Shown: positions 18,635-29,713 of the stretch, piece after piece
Position numbering within the stretch: the first letter of the stretch is position 1
Layout of the letters: each line of letters opens with the position of its first letter
Source of the DNA: an uncultured Candidatus Rokubacteria bacterium
GTDB taxonomy: Bacteria; Methylomirabilota; Methylomirabilia; Rokubacteriales; CSP1-6
Length of the DNA: 64,000 nt
Direction: 5' to 3'
Assembly: GCA_963762145.1 (NCBI GenBank)
Contig: CAVXJS010000009.1
Coordinates: 608,001-672,000, forward strand
The notes under the pieces: generated by a model
What the model saw: only the letters and a program-made list of their open reading frames with translations
What the model was told of the DNA's origin: nothing
Database searches by the model: none
Program-made: the position numbers and the translations under genes

Positions 18635-19474
18635 TCATTCGCTCACCCGGGCCCGCATCCGGGGATCGAGCGCGTCCCGCAGCCCATCGCCCAGGCAGTT
18701 GAAGCCCATCACGGTCAGGAAGATCGCGATCCCCGGGAACAGCGACACGTGCGGGGCGTCCAGCAGGTAGGCCCGCCCGTCGCTGACCATCTTTCCCCAT
18801 TCGGGCGTGGGCGGTTGCACCCCCAGGCCGAGGAACGAAAGGATCGCGGCGAGCAGGATCGAGGTGGCCACCTGCATCGACGAGAAGACCAGCAGCGGGG
18901 AGACGCTGTTGGGGAAGATGTGGCGGAAGAGCACGCGCCCGTGCCCGGCGCCCAGCGCGTGCACGCCCTGGACGAACTCGAGCTCCTTCAGCGAGAGCAC
19001 CATCGCGCGGGTGAGGCGGGCGAAGCTCGGGATGGACCGCAGCCCCACCGCGATCATCACGTTGATCAGGCTGGGACCGAGCGCGGCCACGATCGCGATG
19101 GCGAGCAGGATGCTCGGGAACGCCAGCAGCACCTCCATGGCGCGCATCACCGGCGCGTCGAGCCGCGGGAAGTAGCCCGCGAGCAGGCCGAGCAGGATGC
19201 CGGCGACCGCGCCGATCGCGGTGGCGAGCACGCCGACCACCAGCGAGAGCCGCGCCCCGAAGAGGATGCGGCTCAGGATGCACCGCCCGAACTCGTCCGC
19301 GCCGAGCGGGAACTCGCGCGACGGCGGGGCGAGCGCGCTCGGGAGGTCCTGCCGGATCGGATCGCGCGGCGCCACCTGGGCCGCGAACGCGGCCAGGAGG
19401 ACCAGCAGCGCGATCAGCGCCAGTCCCACCACCGCCAGGCGATGGGACACGAACCGCCGCCACCCCGCGCTCAT
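18635..19474 (-). CDS. Peptide/nickel ABC permease (DppC-like)
   Basis: LGADEFGR, FPSILLAI, LGLGVQPPTPEWG, GDGLRDALDP. Confidence 0.92.
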   Translation of the reverse strand: MSAGWRRFVSHRLAVVGLALIALLVLLAAFAAQVAPRDPIRQDLPSALAPPSREFPLGADEFGRCILSRILFGARLSLVVGVLATAIGAVAGILLGLLAGYFPRLDAPVMRAMEVLLAFPSILLAIAIVAALGPSLINVMIAVGLRSIPSFARLTRAMVLSLKELEFVQGVHALGAGHGRVLFRHIFPNSVSPLLVFSSMQVATSILLAAILSFLGLGVQPPTPEWGKMVSDGRAYLLDAPHVSLFPGIAIFLTVMGFNCLGDGLRDALDPRMRARVSE

Positions 19475-19492
19475 CCGCCCGCGCCCCGTCGC

Positions 19493-20435
19493 TCAGTCAT
19501 AGCGGATACGCGGATCGAGCAGACCGTAGAGCAGGTCCACCAGCAGGTTCACCATGACGAAGAGCACCGCCACCAGGAGCACGCAGCCCTGCACCACCGG
19601 GTAATCGCGCTGGAGGATCGCGGTCATGGCCAGCCGGCCGACGCCGGGCCAGGCGAAGATGGTCTCGGTGACGACCGCGCCCCCGAGCAGGAAGCCGTAC
19701 TGCAGGCCGACCACCGTCACCACCGGGATGAGCGCGTTCTTGAGCGCGTGCTTGGTCACCACCGAGACCGGCGGCAGTCCCTTGGCCCGCGCGGTGGTCA
19801 CGTACTCGCGGCCCAGCACGTCGAGCATGCCCGAGCGCGTGAGCCGGCTCGTGATCGCGATGGAGGTGGTGGCCAGGGTGGCGGCGGGCAAGCGCGATGT
19901 GGCGCAGGCCGTCCCACTGCCAGAGCGGCCCGCCACGGCCCGAGACGGGCAGCCAGCCGAGCTGCAGGCTGAAGAGCCAGATCGCCACGATCGCCAGCCA
20001 GAACACGGGCATGGAGAGGCTCGACAGCGAGGTGGTCATGGCGAGGTAGTCCACCCAGGTGGCCCGGCGCACCGCCGCGATCAGCCCCAGCGGCACGCCG
20101 ACGAGCACCGAGATGATCATGCTGACCGTGGTCAGCTCGAGCGTGGCGGGAAAGCGCGCGAGGATCTCGTCGGCCACCGGCGCGCGCGAGCGGAGCGAGC
20201 GGCCCAGATCGCCGCGCAGGGCGCGATGGAGGAACGACCAGTACTGCTCGTGGAGCGGCCGGTCCAGCCCGAGCTCGACGCGGATGCGCTCGACCACCGA
20301 CTCGGGCGCGTCGGGCCCTGCGATGAGGCGCACCGGGTCTCCCGGCACCACGTGCATGACCGCGAAGGCCAGCAGCGAGACGCCGAAGAGGACCGGGATG
20401 GTTTGCCAGAGGCGGCGGAGAACGTATCCGCCCAC
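19493..20435 (-). CDS. Peptide/nickel ABC permease (DppB-like), frameshift near 19890
   Basis: N-terminal half (VPGDP, GDLGRS) in ORF 19497..20435; C-terminal half ([22 protein letters not shown]) in ORF 19493..19936. Confidence 0.85.
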
Positions 20436-20444
20436 CGTCCCGGC

Positions 20445-21888
20445 CTAGCCGCTCCAGTCCGGGTAGGTCTGCGGGGAGAGCTGGTCGGCGCTCCGCCCGG
20501 CCCAGTCCGCCTTGGCCATGCGGGGCCACATCCGGTCGCCCGCCGCCTGCAGCGCCCCGAGGATCGCCTTCTCGTCGGCGGCGAGCACCTGGCCGCCGTC
20601 GACCACCAGGCGCCCGTTGACGTAGACGCGGTCCACGTCCTCGTCGGCCGCGTTGTAGACCAGGTTCTTGATCGGGTCGCGTAGCGGCGTCATCTTCCAC
20701 GAGGTCGCCTTCCACAGCACCAGGTCGGCCTTGGCCCCGGGGGCGATGCGCCCGAGGTCGTCGCGCCCGAGGGCCCGCGCGCCCCCCGAGGGTCGCCGCG
20801 TCGAAGGCGTGCGCCGCGGTGGTGGCCTCGGTGTTGCGCTCCATCATCTTCGAGCACACCGCGGCCCAGCGCATGGCCTCGATCACGCTCTGGGGGTTGG
20901 TGTCGGTGCCGAGCGACATGTTGACGCCCGCCGCCCGGTAAGCCGCGAACGACTCCATGGCCACGCCCCGCCGGGCGAAGACCCACACCGCGTGGGCCAC
21001 CGAGCAGCCCGCGTCGGCCATCATCGCCACGTCGCCCGCCGGGTAGTTGGTCCACGACGAGCCGCCGATGATGATGGCGTGGCCCAGGATCGTGTTCTGG
21101 CCGAGCACGCCGAGCTCCCGCATCCACGCGATCGGGGTCTTGCCGTACCGCGCGACCATCTCGTTGAACTCGACCACCGACTGCGAGGTGTGGACCTGGT
21201 AGGGCACGCGGGCCTCGTCCGCGAAGCGCTTGGCCTCCTGGAGCAGCCCGGGCGTGCAGGTGTCGATCTGGGCCGGCGATAAGAAGCAGCGCACGAGACC
21301 TCCGTGGGCGCCGTCGTGCTTCTTGTGGAACTCCACCGCCCGCCGCAGGCCCTGCTTGCCCTGCTCCTCGTTCCACTCCCACTCCACGCGCTTGCCGTCG
21401 CGCGTGAGCCAGCGCCCCGAGCGGAACGCCTGGCCCATGTAGACGCGGATGCCATAGTGAGCCGCCCGCTCGACCACGTACTCGCCGAGGCCGCCGATCT
21501 CCATGACGGTGGTGACCCCGCCCCGGAGCAGCTCGGCCATCGAGAAGTCCACGCAGGCGCGGCCGCCTTCCTCGTCCTGGCCCTCGCTGCGCACCGGCAG
21601 CATCTCGAAGAGGCCCGAGTACCAGAACTGGGGGTTGCCGCGGTCCTCGATGAAGGACCGGTCGAGCGGCGAGCCCCCGATGTGGGCGTGGGTCGAGATG
21701 AGACCCGGGGTCACGATCCGGTCGTGGGCGTCGATGGTCTCGTCCACCGTGCCGTCGAAGCGGGGACCCACGTACAGGATGTGATCGCCTTCCATCACCA
21801 CGACCCCGTCCCGGAGGAGACGGTGGCCGCGGCCGTCGAACGCCACGATGTAGCCGGCCCGGATCGCGGTCCGCCTGATCGCGCTCAT
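20445..21888 (-). CDS. Amidohydrolase (chlorohydrolase/deaminase family), frameshift near 20785
   Basis: PGLISTHAH, LGTD, ATLGG, then GRIAPGAKADLV and VYVNG in another frame. Confidence 0.85.
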
Positions 21889-21891
21889 GGC

Positions 21892-23514
21892 TCAGGCCAC
21901 CCACACGTCCATCAGCTTGTAGACGCCGTGGATCGGATGGTACTTGAGGCCGCGCGCCCGCGGCCGGCTGCCGAAGATCCAGCGCACGTGCTGGATCGGC
22001 ACCACCACCGCCTCGTCGACCAGGCGCTGCTCGAGCCCCTGGAACGCGCGCACCCGCTCCGCCTCCTTCAGCGAGGTCTGCGAGACCTGGAAGAACGCGT
22101 CGGTCTTCTCGTCCTTCCAGCGCACCGTGTTGGGACTGGGGACCGCCTGGGAGACGAAGAAGTAGAGGAAGTCGGCGGAGCTGTAGATCATGGGCAGGAA
22201 GCGCATGTCGTGCTCCCCGGCCCGCGTCGCGGTGTTGAACGCGGCCGACTCCAGCCGCTTGATCTGCATGTCGAACCCGGCCTCGCGGAGCGTGGCCTGC
22301 ACCGGCGTGACGATGCGCTCGTGCAGCTCGGTGAACACGAAGCAGGTCGCGGTGAGCGGCTTGCCGTCCTTCTGCCGGATGCCGCCCGGCCCCGGGGTCC
22401 ACCCGGCCTCGGTGAAGAGCCGCTTCGACTTCTCGAGGCTCCACTCGTGCATGTGCGGCCGCATCTGCTCCTTGGGCGTCGCCCCCGGCACGAGCGGGTG
22501 GAGGAAGCCGTGGGAGACGTCGGCCTGGCCCTTCATCACGAACTGCACGATCTGCTCCCGGTTGACCGCGTGGGCCACCGCCTTCCGCACCCGCGGATCC
22601 TTGAACACGTCCTTCTCCACGTTGAAGCCGAGGTGGTTGGAGGACAGCCGCGGGATCGAGGTGACCTTGACCCCGCGCCCCTCGAGCCGCGGGATGTGCT
22701 GGGGCGCGACGTCGATGTCGAGGTCGATGCCGCCGGTCTCGAGCTCCGCCGCCCGCGAGGCGTCCTCCGGCAGGGTGCGGAAGATGATTCGGTCCACCCA
22801 GGGGGCGCCGGTGTTGTCGTAGACGGGCGAGCCCCACGCGTAGTCGTCGTTGCGCGTGAGCTCCATGCGATCGTCCTTGAGCCACTCCTTGAGCCGGAAG
22901 GGCCCGGTGCCGCACACGCTCGCCGAGACCACGCCGTAGTCCTTGCCGTGCTGGGCCACGTGCTTGGCGTGGGGAATCGAGGCGTAGGCCCACTCGGTCT
23001 GGCTCACGTTGTTGAGGAACACCAGCGTCGGGTTCTTGAGCTTGAACACGACGGTGTGATCGTCCACCACCCGCGTCTCCTGCAGGCTCGCCATCTTCGC
23101 CCGCGTGGGCACCGACTCCTTCGGGTCGATCCACCGGTCGAAGTGGTCCTTGACGTCCTGGGCGGTGAGCGTCGCCCCGCAGTGGAACTTGACGTTCTTG
23201 CGCAGGTGGAACGTCCAGGTGAGTCCGTCCGAGGAGGTCTCCCACTTCTCGGCCAGGGCCGGGCGGATCTTCATCTGGAAGTCGTGGAGCACGAGGCCGT
23301 CGTAGAGCAGGAAGTTGGTCGCGATCGCGGAGAGGCCGGTGGAGCGCCCGGGATAGAGCGTGTCCGCGTCGTGGTTGCGGCCGACGGTGAGCGTGCCGCC
23401 CTTCTTCGGCTTCTCCTGGGCGGCCGCGAGCGGAGCCCCGGCTCCGAGCATGACCGCGCCGGCGGTCCCGAGCTTGAGAAGAGTCCGGCGATCGATGCGA
23501 TGCGTGGTAGACAT
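21892..23514 (-). CDS. ABC transporter substrate-binding protein (family 5) with Tat signal
   Basis: DRRTLLK, LYDGLV, TWTFHLRKNVKFH, GTGPF. Confidence 0.92.
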   Translation of the reverse strand: MSTTHRIDRRTLLKLGTAGAVMLGAGAPLAAAQEKPKKGGTLTVGRNHDADTLYPGRSTGLSAIATNFLLYDGLVLHDFQMKIRPALAEKWETSSDGLTWTFHLRKNVKFHCGATLTAQDVKDHFDRWIDPKESVPTRAKMASLQETRVVDDHTVVFKLKNPTLVFLNNVSQTEWAYASIPHAKHVAQHGKDYGVVSASVCGTGPFRLKEWLKDDRMELTRNDDYAWGSPVYDNTGAPWVDRIIFRTLPEDASRAAELETGGIDLDIDVAPQHIPRLEGRGVKVTSIPRLSSNHLGFNVEKDVFKDPRVRKAVAHAVNREQIVQFVMKGQADVSHGFLHPLVPGATPKEQMRPHMHEWSLEKSKRLFTEAGWTPGPGGIRQKDGKPLTATCFVFTELHERIVTPVQATLREAGFDMQIKRLESAAFNTATRAGEHDMRFLPMIYSSADFLYFFVSQAVPSPNTVRWKDEKTDAFFQVSQTSLKEAERVRAFQGLEQRLVDEAVVVPIQHVRWIFGSRPRARGLKYHPIHGVYKLMDVWVA

Positions 23515-23606
23515 GACGGCGCCTCCTCCGAGGAGAAACGTCCCGCACCCGGTCCCGACACTAGCCGCGCTCCCGGAACAAAGTCAAGGCGCGGTAAGAT
23601 GCCCTC

Positions 23607-24569
23607 ATGCCACTCCTTCGCCCGCGCCGCCTCGCTCCGGGTCAGACCATCGGAATGGTGGCGCCGTCGGCGGCGCCGAACGAGCCCGAGCGGATCCGCT
23701 TCGCGATCGACACGGTGGAGTCGCTCGGGTTCAAGGTGAAACCCGGCGGCCACCTCTTCGACCGCGAGGGCTACCTGGCCGGCTCCGACTCGGCCCGCGC
23801 CGACGACCTCAACCGCATGTTCGCCGACGACGGGGTGGACGCGATCTGGTGCGTGCGGGGCGGTTACGGGGCCTCGCGGATCCTGCCCGATCTCGACTAC
23901 GCCCTCATGCAGCGCAACCCGAAGGCGCTGATCGGCTACAGCGATATCACCGCGCTCCACATGGCGATCCATCGCCACGCGGGCCTCGTCACCTTTCACG
24001 GGCCGGTGGCGTTCCGCGAATTCACGCCCTACTCGCTGGGCGAGCTCAAGCGCGTGCTGTGGTCCGCGCAGACGCCGGTACAGCTCGGCGGCCCCCCGGC
24101 CTTCGACCGGGCCGAGGGCCGGCTGGACTGGGAGAACCGGGTGGCCACGCTGGTGCCGGGCAAGGCCCGCGGCCGGCTGCTGGGCGGTAACCTCTGCCTG
24201 ATGTCGCATCTCTGCGGCACGCCCTATTTCCCCGACCTTCGCGGGGCGATCCTGTTCCTGGAGGACGTCGAGGAGGCCTACTACCGCATCGACCGGATGC
24301 TGACCCAGCTCTGGCTGTCGGGCGCCCTGGCCGGCGTTGCGGGGGTAGCGTTCGGGAAGTTCACCAACTGCAATTCCTCGCAGTTCTTCCTGCAGAACCG
24401 CCCGCTGGAGGACATCCTGGCCGAGCGCTGCCGGGCCCTTCGCGTACCCGCCGTCTCCGGCATCATGGTCGGCCACATCGAGGACCAGACCACCCTCCCG
24501 GTGGGCTGCCTCGCCGAGCTCGACGCCGACGCAGGAACCCTGACCCTGCTCGAGCCCGGAGTCAGCTAG
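23607..24569 (+). CDS. ldcA: LD-carboxypeptidase (peptidase S66)
   Basis: RGGYG, GYSDITALH, GGNL, LFLEDV, GH. Confidence 0.9.
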   Translation: MPLLRPRRLAPGQTIGMVAPSAAPNEPERIRFAIDTVESLGFKVKPGGHLFDREGYLAGSDSARADDLNRMFADDGVDAIWCVRGGYGASRILPDLDYALMQRNPKALIGYSDITALHMAIHRHAGLVTFHGPVAFREFTPYSLGELKRVLWSAQTPVQLGGPPAFDRAEGRLDWENRVATLVPGKARGRLLGGNLCLMSHLCGTPYFPDLRGAILFLEDVEEAYYRIDRMLTQLWLSGALAGVAGVAFGKFTNCNSSQFFLQNRPLEDILAERCRALRVPAVSGIMVGHIEDQTTLPVGCLAELDADAGTLTLLEPGVS

Positions 24570-24615
24570 CCCTGCCCCCACCCTCTCCCCTGAGGGGAGA
24601 GGGCAGGGTGAGGGG
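24570..24615. repeat. REP-like palindrome between convergent genes
   Basis: CCCTCTCCCC-TGA-GGGGAGAGGG (24581-24603) followed by CAGGGTGAGGGG. Confidence 0.7.
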
Positions 24616-24644
24616 TCCGGTGGTGGGGGTGATCCCCGTCCGGC

Positions 24645-26081
24645 TCAGTTGCCGCGGCCGATCATCCGGTGCAGCTCCGTCAGCGGGACGATGCGCCCGT
24701 GTAGCGGCAGGATCCGGTCCACCGACAGGTTGAGTCGGGCGATGTTGTCGGCCAGGTTCACGCTGAGCGGATTGATGATCGCGGGCACCGGCGCGTTCGG
24801 CGGGCCGGGCGTGAAGGCGTCGGCCTCGATCAGGAGCCGCTCCTTCGGCAGGTAGACCATCAGCATCCCGTCGGCGTGCGTGTTGCCCGCGATGTGATAG
24901 ATCTCCACGCTGCGCGTGCCGTCGGTGAGCACGCGCTTGTCCCGCACCCCCTCCACCGTGACCTTCAGGCGCGCGGCCTGCTGGCGATCCGGCGTCATGG
25001 TCGCGGGAGCCGCGAGCGCGCCCTCGAAAAAGGCGCGGGTGGTCTCGTGCGTGATCACGGTGATGCCCTCCGCCGCGACGGCGCGGAGGCCGCCCGAGTG
25101 ATCGAAGTGGTGGTGGCTGTTGATCGCGTAGCGGATGGGCTTGCCGGGCACGAGCCGGCGCGCCTCCGCGATGACCGCGACCGCCCGCTCGTCGTTCAGC
25201 GGGGATTCGACGACCATCGTGTGATCGGACATCTCGATGACCACGCTGTGGTGGCTGCCGCCGGTCACGTACCACACGCCCTCCGCGACCGATTCGCTGG
25301 TGACCCGCGCGTAGGGCGTGGTGGCGCTGCGAATGTTGTCCGGCGCCGCGATCTCCACCGGCGCGTTGGGCTTGACGTCGGTCACCGTCAGGTCCGCGGC
25401 CGGGAAGCCCCCCGCGGCCTGGCGGATGCGCATCGGAAACTTCACCCCGCCGAAGTCCCGGTAGTCGGCGTAGGTCACCTCGAGCGGCATGTCGCCCACC
25501 ACCGGGTTGGAGAGCACCGCCTCGACCCGCTCGACCATGCCGCGATCGTCGAGGGTGGCCTTGATCGAGTAGCGACCGGGCACCGCGAAGGCCACCGTGC
25601 GGCCCTGCACGGTGGCGTTGTTCGCCATCGCCGCCTTGATGACGCCGTGGGGCGTGATCCAGAGCTGGAGCTGCCGCTCGATCAGCGCCACCGGGGCGGG
25701 CGCCGCCGTCTCGCCGGTCACGTTCCACGCCAGATCACCGCTCACGATCTGGATCTGGCGCACCTCGCCGATCGCGGGCACCCCACCACCCCGCGGCGGC
25801 ATCTCGGCCCGCGAGCGAAGCTGCTCGTCGCGCAGCGAGGCCGTCTCGTAGTTCACCGCGCGGGTGAACGTCGGGATGTTGAAGCGTGGCCACGGTGCGC
25901 CCGGCACCGCGCTCTGCCCGATCGCGAAGTTGACGCCGCTGGCGGTGTAGGTGAACGACTTCAGGCTGTCGGCGCCGAGCGACTTGGCGGCGCCCTGCAG
26001 CGTGGCCCGCGCGTCCTGGGCCTGCGCAGCACCCGGCAGGCACAGCAGAATCGCGGTCAGCAGCGCGAGGACTTTCCGCAT
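24645..26081 (-). CDS. Secreted MBL-fold metallo-hydrolase
   Basis: Signal peptide, NSHHHFDHSGG, PLHG. Confidence 0.88.
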   Translation of the reverse strand: MRKVLALLTAILLCLPGAAQAQDARATLQGAAKSLGADSLKSFTYTASGVNFAIGQSAVPGAPWPRFNIPTFTRAVNYETASLRDEQLRSRAEMPPRGGGVPAIGEVRQIQIVSGDLAWNVTGETAAPAPVALIERQLQLWITPHGVIKAAMANNATVQGRTVAFAVPGRYSIKATLDDRGMVERVEAVLSNPVVGDMPLEVTYADYRDFGGVKFPMRIRQAAGGFPAADLTVTDVKPNAPVEIAAPDNIRSATTPYARVTSESVAEGVWYVTGGSHHSVVIEMSDHTMVVESPLNDERAVAVIAEARRLVPGKPIRYAINSHHHFDHSGGLRAVAAEGITVITHETTRAFFEGALAAPATMTPDRQQAARLKVTVEGVRDKRVLTDGTRSVEIYHIAGNTHADGMLMVYLPKERLLIEADAFTPGPPNAPVPAIINPLSVNLADNIARLNLSVDRILPLHGRIVPLTELHRMIGRGN

Positions 26082-26111
26082 CTCGGGCCTCCTTGGCGTG
26101 TGAAGGACCAG

Positions 26112-26754
26112 CTAGTGGCGGAATACTACCAGAAACGCCGGAGCTCGTCGGCCATGCCGTCCGGCCGCTCGAGCTGCCACCAGTGCGAGCAATCCGGAAA
26201 CGAGACGAACCGCGCGCCGGTGCGCTCGGCCAGGCGGGCGCCGAAGCGGGGGCGCCGCGTAGGGATCCCGCTCGCCCCACAGCACGAGGCCCGGCGCGGT
26301 CACGCGCCGCAGATCGTCGGTCCACTCGGTGCCCACGTGCACCGCCGAGCGGTAGAGGGCGAGAATGCAGCGCTTCGGTCATGCCCTCCATCACCCGCTC
26401 ACCCATGCCCGGCGTCTGACAGGCGCGCGCGGCCGGGTGTCACTCGTAGTCGGGATCGAGCGGCGCCCCACCGACCGTCCAGCTCCGTACCGCCCCGGGA
26501 CGCAGCGACACCGCGCGCACCGCGAGCAGCGCGCCCCAGTCGTGGCCGACGAGGTCGACGGGGCCCGGCTGGCGCGCCAGCTCGCCCAGCAGCCAGGCCA
26601 CATAGGCTTCCTTGGTAGCGTCGAAGCCGTCGGGCGCGGGGCAGCCGAAGCCCGGCAGGGACAGCGTGACGACGTCCTTTCGTGCGAGGCGTGAGACGAC
26701 CGCGGCCCAGACGCGGTGGGTATCGGGAACTCCGTGGACGAAGACGGCGGGCAT
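26112..26754 (-). pseudogene. Alpha/beta hydrolase with several frameshifts
   Basis: VFVHGVPD, VGHDWG, LVLWGERDPY and HWW found in different frames. Confidence 0.75.
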
Positions 26755-26802
26755 CGTGGGCGGCATCCTAGGGATGCTCACCCGGGGAGTCAAGCGAGGG
26801 GG

Positions 26803-27195
26803 CTACGAGCTGGCGGAGTCTTCGGGCTCGTCGAGGTCGACGGAGTCGTGCTGCGCGGGGATCGAGAAATCCTCGGGCGCGGGGGCCAGCAGCCACGCCG
26901 CCACCTCGTAGAGACCGCTCGGCATCGGGTCGCCCATCGTGGTGAACAGCTCCTGCGCCTCGGTCAGGCTCATCACGCACACATCCGAGGTGTGCCGACC
27001 CTCGCGGGCCTTGCGCATCAGCCGCGCCTGGTCGGACGTGGTCACGAGCCACATCATCGCGCCCGGCAGATAATCGAGGCGAACCGCGAGGACGTCGCCG
27101 TGAGCGAGCAGGCTCTCGTAGAACTCGCGCCCGCGCCGGGAGAGCGTCCGGTGGTGCCTCAGAACCTCCTGCAACGTGACCACGCTCGGTGTCAT
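26803..27195 (-). CDS. Hypothetical protein
   Basis: Protein-like ORF MTPSVVTLQEVL... Confidence 0.55.
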   Translation of the reverse strand: MTPSVVTLQEVLRHHRTLSRRGREFYESLLAHGDVLAVRLDYLPGAMMWLVTTSDQARLMRKAREGRHTSDVCVMSLTEAQELFTTMGDPMPSGLYEVAAWLLAPAPEDFSIPAQHDSVDLDEPEDSASS

Positions 27196-27304
27196 GATGT
27201 GCGTACCTGCTCGAGCAAAAGAGCAAACCTCGCGCCATGCAGTGGACATATTTAGTCTCAGCTACTTAGCGGGCAGCAGGAACGACAGGAGCAGGCGGGT
27301 ATTG

Positions 27305-28246
27305 TCAGCCGGGGTGCCGAAGAATGCCAGGATCCCGTCCGAAGAGATGGCGATTCACCTTCGCCGTGGCCGCCACGTAGCCTGGCTCGAGGTGCTCGAT
27401 CCGGCCGCGGACCTGTTCGTGCAACCGGGGCAAGGCGTGAAAGGGTACCGCCGGGTAGGCGTGGTGCTCGGAGTGATACGGCATGTTCCAGGCGAAGAGC
27501 CGCACGAGCGCCAGCGTGAGCGTGGTGCGCGTGTTCTCGAGGCAGTCCCGCGTGACCCCGCAGCCGGTGTGCTCGGCCAGCAGGTACGGCCGCAGGAACG
27601 CCTGCCCGACCATCCACGGCACGATCCAGACGAGCAGCGCGATGGGCGTGCCGCCGAGTACCGAGGCGGCCGCCACCCCCGCATAGCCCACGAGATAGGC
27701 ACGCGCCTCCAGGATGAGAGGTCCGCGCTCCGCGGGCGCCATCCACGGCCGGTCCGCCCGGCCGGCGGCGAGCCGCAGCAGGTCCCCGACGCGACGGATC
27801 GCGTTCGGGATCCCGGTCAGCACGAAGAGGTAGACCGGCCACGACGCGGGCTTGGGGAAGAAGAGCTCGGGATCGCGTTCCGGGTCCTGCGTGTGGCGAT
27901 GGTGCTCCCAGTGGTACACGCGATAGTTCCGATACGGCCAGAAGGTGAGGAACCCGGCCAGGGTGCCGACCACCGCGTTCAGCCAGCGGGTGCGGAAGGC
28001 GGTGCGATGGGCGGTCTCGTGAAAGGCGCAGAAGATGAACGCGAGCACGTAGCCGTGCGCGACCAGCAGCGGGAGGACCCAGACGGTGGCTCGGAGCCGC
28101 CAGAGGAGCGTGCCGGTGAGCGCGAGCACGCCGAGGTGCCAGACCGCGCGCCGCAGCGCCGACCCGTCGGAGCGCGCCATCAGCGCGTGAAGCGCCTCGC
28201 GCGGGAGCTGGTGCTCGGTGAAGCGGACGAGGGCGTCGTCTCTCAC
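27305..28246 (-). CDS. Membrane fatty acid desaturase family protein (MocD-like)
   Basis: His boxes HETAH, HWEHH, HSEHH; GTG start overlaps the upstream stop. Confidence 0.88.
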   Translation of the reverse strand: MRDDALVRFTEHQLPREALHALMARSDGSALRRAVWHLGVLALTGTLLWRLRATVWVLPLLVAHGYVLAFIFCAFHETAHRTAFRTRWLNAVVGTLAGFLTFWPYRNYRVYHWEHHRHTQDPERDPELFFPKPASWPVYLFVLTGIPNAIRRVGDLLRLAAGRADRPWMAPAERGPLILEARAYLVGYAGVAAASVLGGTPIALLVWIVPWMVGQAFLRPYLLAEHTGCGVTRDCLENTRTTLTLALVRLFAWNMPYHSEHHAYPAVPFHALPRLHEQVRGRIEHLEPGYVAATAKVNRHLFGRDPGILRHPG

Positions 28247-29055
28247 GTCAGACGCGGTCGATCGCCCTCGACGATGATCCGCCACAGCACGCGGCTCTGA
28301 CTCCGGTCGTAGTCGCCGTGCGCGCGGTGCATCGTCGCGCGGTCGTCGATCACGAGCACGTCACCCCGGCGCCAGACGTGGTGATAGACGATCTCCGGCC
28401 GGATCATCCGGTCCAGCAGGTCCCCCATGTAGGCGCGGCTCGCCTCGGGGGTCATGCCCGCGATGTGGGTGGCCTTGGAGATGTGGAAGTACACCGCGCG
28501 CGACCCATGCACCGGATGGGTGCGCACCATCGGGTGCTCGATCGGCCGGCCGTACTTGCCCCGGTCCTCCGGGCGCGTGTCGGCGTGTCCGTCCAGCCCG
28601 TTGAACGACGTGAGCGACTCGAGGCGCCGGCGCTCGTCCTCCGACAGGGCGAGATAGGCCGCGCGCATGCTGGCCACGCTGGTGCCGCCGCCCGCCGAGG
28701 GTATCTCCCGCCCGTACAGGATCGTGGCGGCCGGCGGGCGCTCGCGATTGGTGTGGTCGGTGTGCCATTGCTCGGCCGGCTGCTGGCCGTTCCGGTGCCA
28801 GATCAGCCCGATCAGGGGAAAGTCCGGCATGTTGTGCTGCGAGTAGTGCTGCTCCATCGGCGGGCCGAACACGGACGCCGCGGCGAGATACTGGGCCGGC
28901 GTCAGCGTCTGATCGTGGAACACGAGCGCCAGGTGATCGGCCAGCGCCTGGTTCAGCGCACGCCGGGTCGGCTCGTCGAGCGGCGCGCTCAGGTCCACCT
29001 CGGCCACCTCGGCGCCGAGCGAAGGATGGATGGGCGAGATCTTCACGGACGCCAT
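28243..29055 (-). CDS. TauD/TfdA family Fe(II)/2-oxoglutarate dioxygenase
   Basis: LGAEV..VDL, WHTD, HPMVRTHP, W..GDVLVIDDRATMHRA. Confidence 0.9.
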   Translation of the reverse strand: MASVKISPIHPSLGAEVAEVDLSAPLDEPTRRALNQALADHLALVFHDQTLTPAQYLAAASVFGPPMEQHYSQHNMPDFPLIGLIWHRNGQQPAEQWHTDHTNRERPPAATILYGREIPSAGGGTSVASMRAAYLALSEDERRRLESLTSFNGLDGHADTRPEDRGKYGRPIEHPMVRTHPVHGSRAVYFHISKATHIAGMTPEASRAYMGDLLDRMIRPEIVYHHVWRRGDVLVIDDRATMHRAHGDYDRSQSRVLWRIIVEGDRPRLT

Positions 29056-29066
29056 GGCGCCTCGGC

Positions 29067-29630
29067 TCAGCGGGCCAGCCCGGGGGTTCCGGCCGGCACC
29101 GCGTAGAAGTTCATCGTCAGCGAGACCGCGGTGTAGTACCCCATCAGGACGATCACGTCGGTGACGCTCTCGTGCCCGAGCACGGCGACCGCGCGATCGT
29201 AGAGACTCTGCGGGACGAGCCGACCCCCGGCCAGCGCCATCGCGACCTCGTAGACCACCTGCTCGCGCGCGTCGGCGAACGCGGTCGGGAGGCCGGCGAC
29301 GATCGCCTCCACCGCGGCGGCCGGGAGGCCCACCTCCACCCCGCGCTTCTCGTGGGCGCTGGTCGGGTAGGCCGAATGCCAGCGGCTGGTGATGACGAGG
29401 ACCGCGATCTCCCGCTCGCGCTCGGACAGGGCCGACTCGCCCGGCCTGAAGTGCTGGCCGAGCGGCGCCGCCGCGCGCACCAGCCGGGGATTGTGCACCC
29501 ACACCTTGTATGGCCCGATCAGCCGGTTGCGCGGACCGTCGACGAGAAAGCGGTACCCTTCCCGCTGCTCCGCCGTCATCCGGTCCACCGGGATCTCCGC
29601 GTAGCGTCCGAACGTGGGCGCGTCGCTCAT
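29067..29630 (-). CDS. Carboxymuconolactone decarboxylase family protein
   Basis: GPYKVWVHNP, LSEREREIAVL, GYY. Confidence 0.82.
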   Translation of the reverse strand: MSDAPTFGRYAEIPVDRMTAEQREGYRFLVDGPRNRLIGPYKVWVHNPRLVRAAAPLGQHFRPGESALSEREREIAVLVITSRWHSAYPTSAHEKRGVEVGLPAAAVEAIVAGLPTAFADAREQVVYEVAMALAGGRLVPQSLYDRAVAVLGHESVTDVIVLMGYYTAVSLTMNFYAVPAGTPGLAR

Positions 29631-29713
29631 TGCGCGTCCCTCCTGTCGCAGGTCGCCGTAATCTTACCGCGGATCATACTCCAGCGTGGCGCGCCTCCGG
29701 TTATCATCGCGTC

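Noticed and set aside
18200-26500. Frameshifts in the Pro-rich gene, dppB, amidohydrolase and alpha/beta hydrolase as programmed frameshifting
   Set aside because: They are small indels, some in G/C runs, with no slippery-site signature. Sequencing error or decay is simpler and cannot be resolved without reads.
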